From a bacterium (GTDB lineage: Bacteria > JAAXHH01): 64,000 nucleotides of DNA. The notes beneath the pieces were generated by a model. That model saw only the letters and a program-made list of their open reading frames with translations. It was not told the origin of the DNA and did not search any database. Shown here in pieces: positions 1 through 10,262 of the stretch (position 1 is its first letter; every line of letters starts with the position of its first letter). A program made the position numbers and the translations under genes. Location of the stretch: contig OZ253560.1 in assembly GCA_965262815.1 (NCBI GenBank), forward strand, positions 2,547,287-2,611,286, written 5' to 3'.

Positions 1-106
1 CTATACCCATGAGCACGATAATCGCGTTCCGCCGGACCAGCACGCCGGTCGTACCCACGAGAAAGAGGACCGCGCTGAGAATCAGGTAATAGGAGACGGG
101 TATCAT
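1..106 (-). CDS. nuoK: NADH-quinone oxidoreductase subunit K, N-terminal part (runs off window start)
   Basis: Reverse complement of 1-106 translates from ATG at 106..104 as MIPVSYYLILSAVLFLVGTTGVLVRRNAIIVLMGI, a typical NuoK N-terminus. It lies directly downstream of nuoJ on the minus strand. Confidence 0.75.
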   Translation of the reverse strand, partial: MIPVSYYLILSAVLFLVGTTGVLVRRNAIIVLMGI

Positions 107-136
107 GGGTTAATCGATTCCATAACAGCCAAAGAT

Positions 137-652
137 TCACTCGCCTGTGGAAACGGTGCCCTTGCGGGTCAGCACCACGGCACCGACGATGGCGATCAAC
201 AGGAGCACGGCCGCGATCTCAACAGGCAGCAGGTACTTCGTGAAAAGCAGTGTTCCAATCTGTTCCACTTCTCCAAATCCGGCCAGGTCCCCATCCACCG
301 GCGGCGGCGTTCCACCGCCCGCGTACGACATCACCATGGCCGCCACGGGCAGGAAAAGGAGACCAGCCAGAATGACCGCCAGCGGTTTCTGAATCCGCAA
401 CGCTCCACCGTCTTCACGACTCAGGTTCAGGAGCATGATGACGAAGAGAAACAGCACCATGATGGCGCCGGCGTACACCACGATCTGAATGATCGCGACG
501 AACTGGGCATCCAGCATCAGGTACAGGCCGGCGATGGAGATCATGACCATGATCAGCAGCAGCACGCAGTAAATCGGATTGCGCTGCAGGATCATCGCCA
601 CGCTGCTCACGACGGCTACAACAGCGAAAAACAGGAAGAAGTAGAGTTCCAT
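137..652 (-). CDS. nuoJ: NADH-quinone oxidoreductase subunit J
   Basis: 171-aa hydrophobic multi-helix protein at the position expected for nuoJ in the operon. Confidence 0.75.
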   Translation of the reverse strand: MELYFFLFFAVVAVVSSVAMILQRNPIYCVLLLIMVMISIAGLYLMLDAQFVAIIQIVVYAGAIMVLFLFVIMLLNLSREDGGALRIQKPLAVILAGLLFLPVAAMVMSYAGGGTPPPVDGDLAGFGEVEQIGTLLFTKYLLPVEIAAVLLLIAIVGAVVLTRKGTVSTGE

Positions 653-682
653 AGATATCGTGGTGGAGTTAACCGTTGCCCT

Positions 683-1270
683 TCAATGACCGCCCGGTCC
701 GCCCGGTCCACCCGTTCCGCTTGGCCGGGGAAGCTGATCTCCCCGGGGACGGGTGTACGGCTTTTGATTGTTTCGCAGAACCTGGCCCAGTGTGCCTTTC
801 TGGTCCCTGGTTTCATCGTAGTTTTTCAGCAGGCGCTCCCGGTCCCAGATCATCTCTTCCCGTGTCGTGGCCACGAGTTCGATATTATCCGTCATATCGA
901 TGGCGTCTTCGGGGCATGCCTCGACGCACATGCCGCAGAATATGCATCGGAGCATGTCGATCTGGAAGGTGCGGGGGATCTTCTCCCGGTCGTTCCATTC
1001 GGTTTCCTCGCCTTCAATGGTGATGCATTCGGCGGGACAGGCCACGGCACACATTTCACAGGCCACGCACTTGATCCGGTCCTGCTCGTCCTTATTGAGC
1101 CGGTGGGCGCCGCGGTATCCGGGAGGCAGGGTCTTCTGCACCTCCGGGTATTGCATCGTGACCTTCTTCTTGAACAGGTGCGACAGGGTAAGGAGCATGC
1201 CCTTGATCACCGACGGAAGGTACATCCGTTCCGCCAGGGTCATCTTGCGCGCTTCAACGACGATTGCCAT
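683..1270 (-). CDS. nuoI: NADH-quinone oxidoreductase subunit I (2x[4Fe-4S] ferredoxin-type)
   Basis: Two CxxCxxCxxxCP motifs (CVACEMCAVACP, CIFCGMCVEACP) and a Pro/Gly-rich C-terminal tail. Confidence 0.85.
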   Translation of the reverse strand: MAIVVEARKMTLAERMYLPSVIKGMLLTLSHLFKKKVTMQYPEVQKTLPPGYRGAHRLNKDEQDRIKCVACEMCAVACPAECITIEGEETEWNDREKIPRTFQIDMLRCIFCGMCVEACPEDAIDMTDNIELVATTREEMIWDRERLLKNYDETRDQKGTLGQVLRNNQKPYTRPRGDQLPRPSGTGGPGGPGGH

Positions 1271-1288
1271 GGGTTACACTCTCCCGTG

Positions 1289-2347
1289 TCAGACCAGCAT
1301 CCAGATACCGGTAAAAACGACGTTCAAAAGGGCCAGCGGCAGCAGCACCTTCCATCCGATCGCCATCAACTGATCGTATCGGAATCGCGGCAGGGACCAC
1401 CTCACCCAGATATAAACGAAGAGGAAGAATCCCGTCTTGATCAGAAATCCCGCGACTTGGTAAACGGTCACCAGCCCCGGGCCGACCAGGTCTTCGAAGG
1501 GCATGTGCCATCCCCCGAAGAACAGGGTCGCCATCAGGGCCGAAGCCGCGATCATACTGGCATATTCCGATATCATGAACATGGAAAAACGCATACTGCT
1601 GTATTCCGTGTGATAGCCGCCGACGAGCTCCTGCTCGCACTCGACCATGTCGAAGGGCAGGCGGTTGTTTTCGGCGAAAGCCGCAATGACGAAGATCAGG
1701 AAGGCCAGTGGCTGGCGAAATATGAACCAGCCGAAGAAGGTACCCTGCGCATCGACGATACTGCTCATCTGGAGCGATCCCGTGAGCATGAGAATGCCGA
1801 CGATCGACAGCCCCAGCGACAGTTCATAACTGATCATCTGCGCCGAGGCTCTTATACCGCCCAGCAGGGCGAACTTGTTATTGGCGCTCCATCCGCCCAG
1901 GGCGATCCCGTACACGGCGATGGAGGTCATGCCCAGGACATACAGAATACCGACGTTCAGATCGATGATCTGAAGCGTGGTCGTGGTTTCCTGGATCTGC
2001 AGGCCAAAAAAGGTAAAAGCGGGAATGGTCACCTCGCCGCCCACGGGAATCACGGCGAAGATCAAAAGGGCCGGAATCAGGATCAGGGCCGGCGCGATGG
2101 CGAAGAGGGTTCTGTCGGCGCTGGCCGGAATGAACTCTTCCTTCCACATGAACTTGATTCCGTCGGCCAGGGGTTGCAGCAGCCCCATGGGACCGACACG
2201 ATTGGGACCGAGCCGGTCCTGTATCAGGGCGCTTATCCGGCGTTCCATGAAGGTGAGGTAGGCGACGGTTGTGAACACCACGCCTAGCAGGATGCCGATT
2301 TTAAACAGGGCGATGGCGCCTTCAAAGAGCATGGGATCCACGACCAA
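1289..2347 (-). CDS. nuoH: NADH-quinone oxidoreductase subunit H
   Basis: 352-aa polytopic membrane protein with the NuoH/ND1-like motif RISALIQDRLGPNRVGP. Confidence 0.85.
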   Translation of the reverse strand: MVVDPMLFEGAIALFKIGILLGVVFTTVAYLTFMERRISALIQDRLGPNRVGPMGLLQPLADGIKFMWKEEFIPASADRTLFAIAPALILIPALLIFAVIPVGGEVTIPAFTFFGLQIQETTTTLQIIDLNVGILYVLGMTSIAVYGIALGGWSANNKFALLGGIRASAQMISYELSLGLSIVGILMLTGSLQMSSIVDAQGTFFGWFIFRQPLAFLIFVIAAFAENNRLPFDMVECEQELVGGYHTEYSSMRFSMFMISEYASMIAASALMATLFFGGWHMPFEDLVGPGLVTVYQVAGFLIKTGFFLFVYIWVRWSLPRFRYDQLMAIGWKVLLPLALLNVVFTGIWMLV

Positions 2348-2351
2348 TCCA

Positions 2352-3962
2352 CTAACCTCCCGCGGCCTCGGACGGCTCCTCGCCGCCCGTATTGGCGCCC
2401 TGATCGCCGATCAGGTCATAGGTGAGTCCGGCATATCCTTCGACTGATCCCGCGATTTCCTCCAGGACTTCAGCGGGTTCCGTTCCGCCCATGTCGACGC
2501 CCATGCACTGTCCGAAGTACCTGATAATAGCGCCATCATCCCGCGCGCCGCCGGGCAGTGGGTACGCGGGGTTCATCCATTGTACGCGGCCCTGCGCATT
2601 GGTCATGGTACCGCTTTTTTCAAAGGGTATCGCGGTGGGAAAAACGACGTCGGCCAGCTCGGAAAGGTCGGAGCGGCGCACGTCGTGCACCACCAGGAAT
2701 TCGAGCTTGCGGAAGGCCTCCGCCACCTCCGGCGAAAGAGTCTGGCCGATATCCCCGCCAAGCACGTAGAGTCCCCGTATCGATCCATCAGCTATGCCTT
2801 GCAGGATGCCGTCCAGCGAGTCCGCGCCCAGCATGTCGCCGGCGCCCCTGCTGTTGGGCGACTTGTCGGATTCGATGCGAAAACCGCTCTTGGCCGTCCA
2901 CGCTTCCCCGTCGGGTTTGCGGTTGAGGCCGGTCCTCGACGATCCGAAGGCGCCCGCGGCCAGTTTGCGCAGCAGGAAATTCTCCTCGTTGGTCGCCATG
3001 GATGAACCGACCACGCCCATGGCGGAATCCTCTTCAGTGTCCAGGATGGACTGAATGCCGCTGACGGCGGTTTCCAGGGCATCCGGCCAGGGGACCTGGC
3101 GCAGTTCGCCGTCCACCCGCTTCAGGGGAGATTTCAACCGGTCCACGCCCTGCCAGTCATGGAAGCAGAACCGCCCCTCGTCGCACATCCAGTAACCGTT
3201 GACCTCTTCGTTATGCCGGGGACGGGTGCGGTAGATTTGCTGATGCATGACTTCCAGTGTCGTGTTGCACCCCGTGGCGCAGCCGGGGCAGAAGGTGTCC
3301 ACCTTCTCGTAATGCCAGATGCGGGGCTTGTAGAGAAAATCCTTGGTTACCAGGGCGCCCACGGGACAGATGTCCGCCACGTTCGCCGACATCTTGTTGT
3401 CCAGGGGTACGCCCTCGAAGGTCGCTATCTCGGATTTGCTTCCCATCTGGACTACGCCGAGTTCGGACGTTCCCGTAATCTCGTCACAGAAACGGGTGCA
3501 GCGCTGGCATAGAATACAACGCGTCGTGTACAGCATGATGTGCGGCCCGAGGTCTTTCTTCGGAGGGACGCGCTTGGTCTCGACGAACCTGCTGTGGCCG
3601 CGGCCATGGTCGAAGGAATGATCCTGCAGCTTGCATTCCCCGGCCTGGTCGCACCAGGGGCAATCCAGGGGGTGGTTGATCAGCAGGAATTCCATGATCC
3701 CCTTGCGGTTGTCCAGCACCGCGGGGGAATTGAACCGGAAATTCATCCCGTCCTTGATCCGTATGGTACACGACGTGACAATGCCGAACTGGCCGGGCCG
3801 TATCTCCATCTCGGTAAGGCACATCCTGCAGTTTCCGTCCGGCGCCAGACCCGGATGGTAGCAGAAATGGGGGATGTCGATGCCGAGGTCCGCCGCGGCG
3901 TCAATCAGGTTGCGGCCTTCTTCAACGGTGTACTGCTGGTCGTCTATGGTAATAGTTGCCAT
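2352..3962 (-). CDS. nuoG: NADH-quinone oxidoreductase subunit G (short form)
   Basis: N-terminal 2Fe-2S region (CYHPGLAPDGNCRMC) and Fe-S motifs CPWCDQAGEC and CILCQRCTRFC, followed by a molybdopterin-oxidoreductase-like domain. 536 aa. Confidence 0.85.
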   Translation of the reverse strand: MATITIDDQQYTVEEGRNLIDAAADLGIDIPHFCYHPGLAPDGNCRMCLTEMEIRPGQFGIVTSCTIRIKDGMNFRFNSPAVLDNRKGIMEFLLINHPLDCPWCDQAGECKLQDHSFDHGRGHSRFVETKRVPPKKDLGPHIMLYTTRCILCQRCTRFCDEITGTSELGVVQMGSKSEIATFEGVPLDNKMSANVADICPVGALVTKDFLYKPRIWHYEKVDTFCPGCATGCNTTLEVMHQQIYRTRPRHNEEVNGYWMCDEGRFCFHDWQGVDRLKSPLKRVDGELRQVPWPDALETAVSGIQSILDTEEDSAMGVVGSSMATNEENFLLRKLAAGAFGSSRTGLNRKPDGEAWTAKSGFRIESDKSPNSRGAGDMLGADSLDGILQGIADGSIRGLYVLGGDIGQTLSPEVAEAFRKLEFLVVHDVRRSDLSELADVVFPTAIPFEKSGTMTNAQGRVQWMNPAYPLPGGARDDGAIIRYFGQCMGVDMGGTEPAEVLEEIAGSVEGYAGLTYDLIGDQGANTGGEEPSEAAGG

Positions 3963-3969
3963 GCGTGTC

Positions 3970-5346
3970 TCATCCAGCGGCGGCGGCTTCTTCGGTCTTC
4001 AGCCGGAAATTGCCGGGTACGGGAGGTGTATGTTCATACTGGCCGGGCCTCAGGTAAGACTCTTCGACGGGGAGGACGACCAGTTCTTTCCGTTCGATGC
4101 AGGCCCTGAATTCGGGCCAGTACTTGACGAGTATGGTGCGCACGGGCCAGACACCCGGCGCCTGGCCGAAAACGCACACGGTATGGCCGTGGATCTGCTT
4201 GCAGATATCCAGCAGCAGGTCGAGGTCTTCCTCGCGGCCCTCACCGTTGCGTATCCGACGCAGGATGTCGTTCATCCAGGGCACCCCTTCACGGCAGGGC
4301 GTACATTGTCCGCAGGTCTCGTGGGCGGCGAAGGTAGAGGCGTTCAGCAGGGCGTCCACCATGCTGGTGGTCTCGTCCATCACGATAATCCCGCCGGTAC
4401 CGCCCATCGATCCCAGTTTACCCAGGGCGCCGAAACCCATGGGCGTGTCGATCTCTTCGGGTGTCAGGATGGGCGCCGAGATGCCACCTGGAATGACCCC
4501 TTTGAGCCGGTTGTCGTTTCTTATGCCGCCGGCCGCGTCGTAGATCAGTTCCCGCAGCGTGATATCGGAATCGTACTCGTAGATACCGGGCTTCTTAACG
4601 TGGCCGCACAGACCGAACAGTCGTGGCCCTGTCGTATCCTCTTCCGAGCCGATTCCCTTGTAGGACTCCGCCCCCATGTCGATAATAGTGGTAACCTGTG
4701 CCATGGTTTCCACGTTGTTCACGATCGTGGGCTGGCCCCACAGACCGATGGCGGCGGGGAAAAACGGCGGTTTCAGCCGGGGATAGGGCCGGTTGCCTTC
4801 GAGGGATTCGATCAGACCGGTTTCTTCTCCACAGATATAGGCCCCGGCGCCGGGATGTACGTATAACTCCAGATCGAAGCCCGTATCCAGGATATCGGTG
4901 CCGAGAAACCCGTGTTTCCGGGCGTCCCTGAGCGCGGCTTCAAACTGATCGATGATCTGGAAGAACTCCCCCCTGATATAGATGTACCCCAGGTTGATCC
5001 CCATGGCATAGCTGGTGATGATCATGCCTTCGATGATCTGGTGGGGCATCGATTCCAGCAGGTACCGGTCCTTGAAACTACCGGGTTCGCTTTCGTCCGC
5101 GTTGGCGCACAGATAGCGCGGAAACCGGTCGGCGCACAGGTTCCACTTCATCCCCGTAGAGAACCCGGCCCCGCCCCGGCCCTTGATTCCCGAAGCCTTT
5201 ATTTCCTCGATCAAATCGGCCTGGGTCATGGATTTCAGGGCCTTGCGTACCGCGCTGTAACCGCCGTTGGCCATGTAGGCGTCGATATCGCCCGGCCCGG
5301 CTTCACCTGCGGGTTCCGCCGTCAGGATTTCAAGCGGTACGGCCAT
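3970..5346 (-). CDS. nuoF: NADH-quinone oxidoreductase subunit F
   Basis: NuoF motifs GRGGAGFSTG, the FMN site and the C-terminal CGQCTPCREG cluster. The ORF-track start at 5517 overlaps nuoE, so I chose internal Met58 (MAVPLEIL), 4 nt after the nuoE stop. Confidence 0.8.
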   Translation of the reverse strand: MAVPLEILTAEPAGEAGPGDIDAYMANGGYSAVRKALKSMTQADLIEEIKASGIKGRGGAGFSTGMKWNLCADRFPRYLCANADESEPGSFKDRYLLESMPHQIIEGMIITSYAMGINLGYIYIRGEFFQIIDQFEAALRDARKHGFLGTDILDTGFDLELYVHPGAGAYICGEETGLIESLEGNRPYPRLKPPFFPAAIGLWGQPTIVNNVETMAQVTTIIDMGAESYKGIGSEEDTTGPRLFGLCGHVKKPGIYEYDSDITLRELIYDAAGGIRNDNRLKGVIPGGISAPILTPEEIDTPMGFGALGKLGSMGGTGGIIVMDETTSMVDALLNASTFAAHETCGQCTPCREGVPWMNDILRRIRNGEGREEDLDLLLDICKQIHGHTVCVFGQAPGVWPVRTILVKYWPEFRACIERKELVVLPVEESYLRPGQYEHTPPVPGNFRLKTEEAAAAG

Positions 5347-5350
5347 TTCA

Positions 5351-5842
5351 CTATCCTTCTTCGAGACAATCGAGAATATCGTCGACCTTTTCCGGGGTAA
5401 GGTGGGTGTGCAGCCGGCTGTTAACCAGGAGCACGGGGCCCTTGTCGCAGGCAGCCAGACATTCGGACTTCCGAAGGGTGAACCGTCCGTCCTCCGTGGT
5501 CTCGCCGAGTCCGACACCGAGTCTTTCCGTCAGGTGATCGAAAATGCCGGCGCAGCCAGTCAGCGCGCAGGGCAGTGTATGGCAGACCGCCAGCACGTTT
5601 TCGCCCACGGGCTCCTTGTTGAACATGGGATAGAAAGTCGCGATCTCCGCGACCTTGACGGGCGAACAGCCGATCAGCCTGGCGACGCACGCCATGGCCT
5701 CGGGAGAGATGTATCCCCACTCTTCCTGCGCGAGATGCAGGAGCGGGACGACGGCCGATTTCCGGTATTTTTCCGGGTAGCGGCTGAGTATCTCGGCCGC
5801 GCGCTCCAGGGCCGCGTCTGTGAATTCCAGCGATGTCGCCAA
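5351..5842 (-). CDS. nuoE: NADH-quinone oxidoreductase subunit E
   Basis: 163 aa, thioredoxin-like 2Fe-2S subunit. Cysteines at CHTLPCALTGC...CLAAC, upstream of nuoF. Confidence 0.8.
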   Translation of the reverse strand: MATSLEFTDAALERAAEILSRYPEKYRKSAVVPLLHLAQEEWGYISPEAMACVARLIGCSPVKVAEIATFYPMFNKEPVGENVLAVCHTLPCALTGCAGIFDHLTERLGVGLGETTEDGRFTLRKSECLAACDKGPVLLVNSRLHTHLTPEKVDDILDCLEEG

Positions 5843-5843
5843 T

Positions 5844-7106
5844 CTAACGATCCAGTTCTCCGGCGATGACGTTCAGACTGCCCAGAACCGCCACCACGTC
5901 CGATAGCATATGCCCCCTGATCAACATGGGGAACAGGGAAAAGTTTATGAAAGACGGCGGACGCACGCGGATCCGGTAGGGTTCCCTGCTGCCGTCGCTG
6001 ACGATGTAAAACCCGAGTTCTCCATTCGGCGCCTCTGTCGCGGCGTACACCTCGCCCACCGGCGGCGTCGGCCCGTGTCCTTCCATGGTCATCTTGAAAT
6101 GGTAGATCAGCGATTCCATGGATTCGTACACTTCCGATTTCTCGGGAAGCACCGCGTGTTCTTCTTCGGCGTTCACGGGACCCGATGGCAGGTCCTCCAC
6201 GGCCTGGCGAACGATCTTCGCGCTCTGCCTGACCTCCTCCATCCGAACGAGATAACGATCATACGCGTCCCCGTTGCGGCCGATGGGTATGTCGAAATCG
6301 TAGGCTTCGTACCCGAGGTAGGGCTCGTTCTTACGCAGGTCCATATCGACGCCGGAAGCCCTCAGTACCGGTCCCGTGACGCCCCAGGCCACGGCGTTTT
6401 CCGGAGAAAGAACGCCCACACCCTCCGTGCGGTCGCGCCAGATGCGGTTGTGGGTCAGCAGCTGGTCTATTTCCGAGGTGGCGCGGAGGGTCTCTTCCAC
6501 GGCATTCCGGGCCATCTCCGCGAAGTTATCCGGAACATCACGTAACAGTCCACCCACACGGGTGTAACTGGTGGTCAGCCGCGTGCCGCATACCGCTTCG
6601 AACAGATCGTACAGCACTTCCCGGGCCCTGAACCCGTAGAGGAAGGCGGTGAACGCCCCGACGTCGAGCGCGGCCGTACCGATGCTCAACAGGTGGTCGG
6701 CAAGGCGCGAGAGTTCCGCCAGGGCGACCCGGATATTCCGGCAACGCGGCGTGATTTCAATATCCATCAACCTTTCGACCGCGTGGGTATAACCGATATT
6801 GTTGCTCAGGGGGGAGAGGTAATTCATCCGGTCGGTAAGCGTAACGAACTGGTTGTAGCTCCGGTACTCGCCCAGTTTTTCGAAACCGGTGTGCAGGTAG
6901 CCGAGATGCGGCGTGGCACCGACGACCCGCTCGCCGTCCAGTTCCAGCACCATGTGCAACGTCCCGTGCGTCGCCGGATGCTGGGGACCGAAATTGAGCA
7001 TCATGTGCTCGGTGGGCATATCGGGCGTTCGCTCGAAGGTCACCCGTTCGCTACGGATTTCCTCGAGGTCCGCCCCGGTGAGCTTATCGATCGGAGTAGT
7101 ATTCAT
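5844..7106 (-). CDS. nuoD: NADH-quinone oxidoreductase subunit D
   Basis: 420 aa with the 49-kDa subunit signature LNFGPQHPATHGTLHMVLELDGE. Separate from nuoC (not fused). Confidence 0.9.
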   Translation of the reverse strand: MNTTPIDKLTGADLEEIRSERVTFERTPDMPTEHMMLNFGPQHPATHGTLHMVLELDGERVVGATPHLGYLHTGFEKLGEYRSYNQFVTLTDRMNYLSPLSNNIGYTHAVERLMDIEITPRCRNIRVALAELSRLADHLLSIGTAALDVGAFTAFLYGFRAREVLYDLFEAVCGTRLTTSYTRVGGLLRDVPDNFAEMARNAVEETLRATSEIDQLLTHNRIWRDRTEGVGVLSPENAVAWGVTGPVLRASGVDMDLRKNEPYLGYEAYDFDIPIGRNGDAYDRYLVRMEEVRQSAKIVRQAVEDLPSGPVNAEEEHAVLPEKSEVYESMESLIYHFKMTMEGHGPTPPVGEVYAATEAPNGELGFYIVSDGSREPYRIRVRPPSFINFSLFPMLIRGHMLSDVVAVLGSLNVIAGELDR

Positions 7107-7154
7107 GATACGCGCTTTCTACTGGCTGGACCGGGTCCGGCGAACCGGACGCGG

Positions 7155-7706
7155 TTAAAACACGAAGTTGTCGCGCTCCCCCTTGCCGTGGAGGGGATAA
7201 TCCTTCCGCAGGGGATAGGATCCGAAGTCATCGGGCATCAGTATACGGCGCAGGTCGGGATGTCCTTCGAAGACGATCCCGTACATGTCGTATACCTCCC
7301 GCTCCAGCCAGTTTGCTCCCGGCCAGACAGACACCACCGACTGGATTCGGGGGTCGGCTTCCGGAACGGAAACACTGACGCTGAAACGGCGATTGTGTTT
7401 ATAAGAATAAAACTGGTAGACTACGGCAAACCGGATTGACTCGTCGAGCCGAAGCCGGTCCACCGCGGTTACGTCAACGAGAAAATCGAAGGATAATTCC
7501 GGATCGTCTCTCAGGAAGGTCATGAAAGGAAGAAGAGAATCCGCCTCCGCGATGACGCTTTCGCAACCCACCGCGTTGCCAGTCCGCACGGACCCGTCAC
7601 CAAACTTCTCCCGGATGCGCGCTGCGGCCACGCCTGCGTTCGCTCCGGACCGGTCGGGCTGGCCACCGTCTTCGGCCTGACGATCCTCCTGGTTCCCCAC
7701 GCTCAT
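7155..7706 (-). CDS. nuoC: NADH-quinone oxidoreductase subunit C
   Basis: 183 aa, 30-kDa subunit-like (…[15 protein letters not shown]…), immediately upstream of nuoD. Confidence 0.8.
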   Translation of the reverse strand: MSVGNQEDRQAEDGGQPDRSGANAGVAAARIREKFGDGSVRTGNAVGCESVIAEADSLLPFMTFLRDDPELSFDFLVDVTAVDRLRLDESIRFAVVYQFYSYKHNRRFSVSVSVPEADPRIQSVVSVWPGANWLEREVYDMYGIVFEGHPDLRRILMPDDFGSYPLRKDYPLHGKGERDNFVF

Positions 7707-7711
7707 CCCCT

Positions 7712-8353
7712 TTATTCAAACCCCATCTTGCTGCCCCAGCCCCTTGGATCCGCCTGCCAGTCCAGGGCGATATTGCGGTTGTCATCCGAAAGTTCGCCCC
7801 GTTCGCTCATCACGTCCAGTATGGTCACGAAATCCGCCATGCTCCATTTAGGCAGTCCGGCGTTTTTAAATCCCTCGGTGGCGGCGGGCAGACCATACTC
7901 GAATATGGTGGCCACGCCGATCACTTCCACGTTGAACTTGGCCACGTCTTCGGCGGACTTCAGGACGCCCCCGCCCGTCGTGACCAGGTCTTCGGTGAAC
8001 AACACCTTCTGACCTGGAGCGAGAGTGCCTTCGATCCGGTGTTCCTTTCCGTAACCCTTCTGGCCCGACCGCGCGTAGATCATCGGCAGGTCCAGCCGAT
8101 TGGAAACCCAGGCCGCGAAAGGAATGGCGGCGGTCGCCGTTCCCGCGATGACATCCGGTGGCGTATCGAGCCCGTCGATGATCTCGAGAAAAGTGTCGAT
8201 AATCACCTTGCGCTCTTCCAGGCAGGATATGATCAGCCGATTATCGCAATATACCGGCGAGATAATACCGGAGCTATAATGGTAGGGGGCTTCGACGTTG
8301 ATGGTGACGGCTTTGATGTCGAGCAAGAGCTCTGCGATGGTTTTTCTGTTCAT
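7712..8353 (-). CDS. pyrE: orotate phosphoribosyltransferase
   Basis: Type I PRTase PRPP-binding motif [15 protein letters not shown] and an OPRT-like N-terminus ([13 protein letters not shown]). Likely start is Met63 of the listed ORF ([10 protein letters not shown]), whose ATG overlaps the nuoB stop. The stop lies 5 nt before the nuoC start. Confidence 0.75.
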   Translation of the reverse strand: MNRKTIAELLLDIKAVTINVEAPYHYSSGIISPVYCDNRLIISCLEERKVIIDTFLEIIDGLDTPPDVIAGTATAAIPFAAWVSNRLDLPMIYARSGQKGYGKEHRIEGTLAPGQKVLFTEDLVTTGGGVLKSAEDVAKFNVEVIGVATIFEYGLPAATEGFKNAGLPKWSMADFVTILDVMSERGELSDDNRNIALDWQADPRGWGSKMGFE

Positions 8354-8844
8354 TAGTTCGCTTTTGCCTGGGCGACTTTCTCCTGGATCTTCATCAACGC
8401 CTGAATAACGTTTTCGGGCCTGGGCGGACAGCCGGGGATATACACGTCCACCGGGATATACTGGTCCACACCCTGTACCATCGTGTAGGTATTGAACACC
8501 CCGCCGGACGAGGCGCAGGCACCCATGGAAATGACCCACTTGGGTTCCGGCATCTGGTCATAGATCTTCTTCAGTACGGGCATCATCTTAATGGATACCC
8601 GTCCGGAAACGATCAGCAGATCGGACTGCCGGGGGGAAAACCGAATGGCTTCGGCGCCGAAACGGGCCAGGTCGAACCGGGAAGCGAGCGTCGCCATGAG
8701 TTCGATGGCGCAGCACGCGGTACCGAAGGGCATCGGCCAGAGCGAGTTCTTCCGGGCCCAGCCGACCACCGCGTCCACCTTGGTGGTCATGACGTTTTCC
8801 TGAAGCTGATCTTCTAATCCCATTCCAGGGCTCCCCTTTTCCAC
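8353..8844 (-). CDS. nuoB: NADH-quinone oxidoreductase subunit B
   Basis: Conserved CC...C...CP cluster-N2 ligands (GTACCAIE…GACASSGG…PGCPP). The true start may be Met8 (8823), just after the nuoA stop. Confidence 0.85.
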   Translation of the reverse strand: MEKGSPGMGLEDQLQENVMTTKVDAVVGWARKNSLWPMPFGTACCAIELMATLASRFDLARFGAEAIRFSPRQSDLLIVSGRVSIKMMPVLKKIYDQMPEPKWVISMGACASSGGVFNTYTMVQGVDQYIPVDVYIPGCPPRPENVIQALMKIQEKVAQAKAN

Positions 8845-9164
8845 TCGTAAAAGAAACCTATGACGAGCAGGAGGATGAACACCCCCATGGCCACGGCGCC
8901 GAATACCTGGAGATCACCGTAAACAACGGCCCATGGATAGAGGTATATGATCTCTACGTCGAAAAGGATGAAGAGGATGGCGATCAGGTAAAACTTTACC
9001 GAGAAATTCTTCCTCGCGGAGTCCATCAACGGTACACCGCATTCATAGGTTGAAAGCTTGGATGCGTTGGTTTTTTTTCGACCGATAAAAGAGGAAAGAG
9101 TAACGATTACGGCCGCTACGATCAGGACTAGGGCAACGAGCAGGATAAGGGGAAGGTATGACAT
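8814..9164 (-). CDS. nuoA: NADH-quinone oxidoreductase subunit A
   Basis: 116-aa three-helix membrane protein (…[21 protein letters not shown]…), first gene of the operon. Confidence 0.8.
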   Translation of the reverse strand: MSYLPLILLVALVLIVAAVIVTLSSFIGRKKTNASKLSTYECGVPLMDSARKNFSVKFYLIAILFILFDVEIIYLYPWAVVYGDLQVFGAVAMGVFILLLVIGFFYEWKRGALEWD

Positions 9165-9391
9165 TTAGTCGAATCAGGATATACAGATAGATCGGTCGGC
9201 GGACGCTGCTTCCAGGGAACATCTATCCTTGAACTCGTCGATCAAGATAAACCGGCGGGGGGCAAAGTCAAGCACTAAACGTTTTTATTTGTTGATATAA
9301 AAACAGGCGCTTGTTATATGTCTAATCCAGCACGGTTTCACCCGGTTTCAGAGGCTTAAACCGGTCGGTTTCACCCAGTCAGGGGAGTAGC

Positions 9392-10258
9392 ATGATGCCG
9401 AACGCACAGATCGCGGTCATCGGCGGTACGGGGTTCTACGGGATGGAGGGCCTGACGGATATCGAGGAAGTCCGTCCCGCCACCCCCTTCGGGGATCCGA
9501 GCGACGCCATCGTGGTCGGCACCCTCGAGGGCCGCCGCGTGGCGTTCCTCGCCCGCCACGGCCGGGGTCATCGCGTCGGACCATCTGAAATCAACGTACG
9601 GGCGAACATCTTCGCGCTGAAGACCCTGGGCGTCCGGTGGATCCTGTCGGTCAGCGCCGTGGGCAGTCTCCAGGATTGCATTCGACCGCGGGATTTCGTC
9701 ATACCGGATCAACTGTACGACCATACCCGCCACCGCACGACCAGCTTTTTCGGCGACGGCCTCGTGGCGCACGTGGGACTCGCCGAACCCTTCTGCGGAC
9801 CGTTGCGCCAACTACTCGTCGACGGCGCCGAATCGACGGGATTGACCGTACATCGCGGCGGTACCTATCTCTGCATGGAAGGACCTCAGTTCTCGACGAA
9901 GGCGGAATCGAATGTCTACCGGTCCTGGGGTTTTTCGGTCATCGGGATGACCGCGGCGCCGGAAGCCAAGCTCGCCCGGGAGGCGGAAATCTGCTACGGA
10001 GCCATCGCGTGTTCGACCGACTACGACTGCTGGCACGAGGAACACGATTCAGTCACGGTTGATATGATCATCGAGAATCTGCATGCGAACGTGGACCAGG
10101 CGCGCCAGGTCGTCCGCCACGTCGTGCCGGCCATTCCCCTGGAAAGCACGTGCCGTTGTCACAACGCCCTGGCCAATGCCATCGTTTCAGATCGCGGTAC
10201 GGTGCCCGCAGAAACACTGGAGAAGCTGAATCCGATCGTGGGCCGGTATTTCAAATAG
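9392..10258 (+). CDS. mtnP: S-methyl-5'-thioadenosine phosphorylase
   Basis: PNP/MTAP family: IAVIGGTGFY, …SVSAVGSL…, …CMEGPQFSTKAESN…. Confidence 0.8.
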   Translation: MMPNAQIAVIGGTGFYGMEGLTDIEEVRPATPFGDPSDAIVVGTLEGRRVAFLARHGRGHRVGPSEINVRANIFALKTLGVRWILSVSAVGSLQDCIRPRDFVIPDQLYDHTRHRTTSFFGDGLVAHVGLAEPFCGPLRQLLVDGAESTGLTVHRGGTYLCMEGPQFSTKAESNVYRSWGFSVIGMTAAPEAKLAREAEICYGAIACSTDYDCWHEEHDSVTVDMIIENLHANVDQARQVVRHVVPAIPLESTCRCHNALANAIVSDRGTVPAETLEKLNPIVGRYFK

Positions 10259-10262
10259 AGAT

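Noticed and set aside
686-2287. 533-aa plus-strand ORF across nuoI/nuoH
   Set aside because: Arg/Gly/His/Asp-rich low-complexity translation antisense to well-supported nuo genes. Typical high-GC shadow ORF.
3874-4866. 330-aa plus-strand ORF antisense to nuoF, and similar ORFs at 2422-3082, 3159-4109, 5402-5869, 5910-6545 and 6693-7439
   Set aside because: All lie opposite conserved complex I subunits and have shadow-ORF composition with no recognisable motifs.
5351-5517. Apparent 167-nt overlap of nuoE and nuoF
   Set aside because: Resolved by using internal Met58 of the nuoF ORF (MAVPLEIL), which starts 4 nt after the nuoE stop. The overlap is an artefact of the longest-ORF convention.
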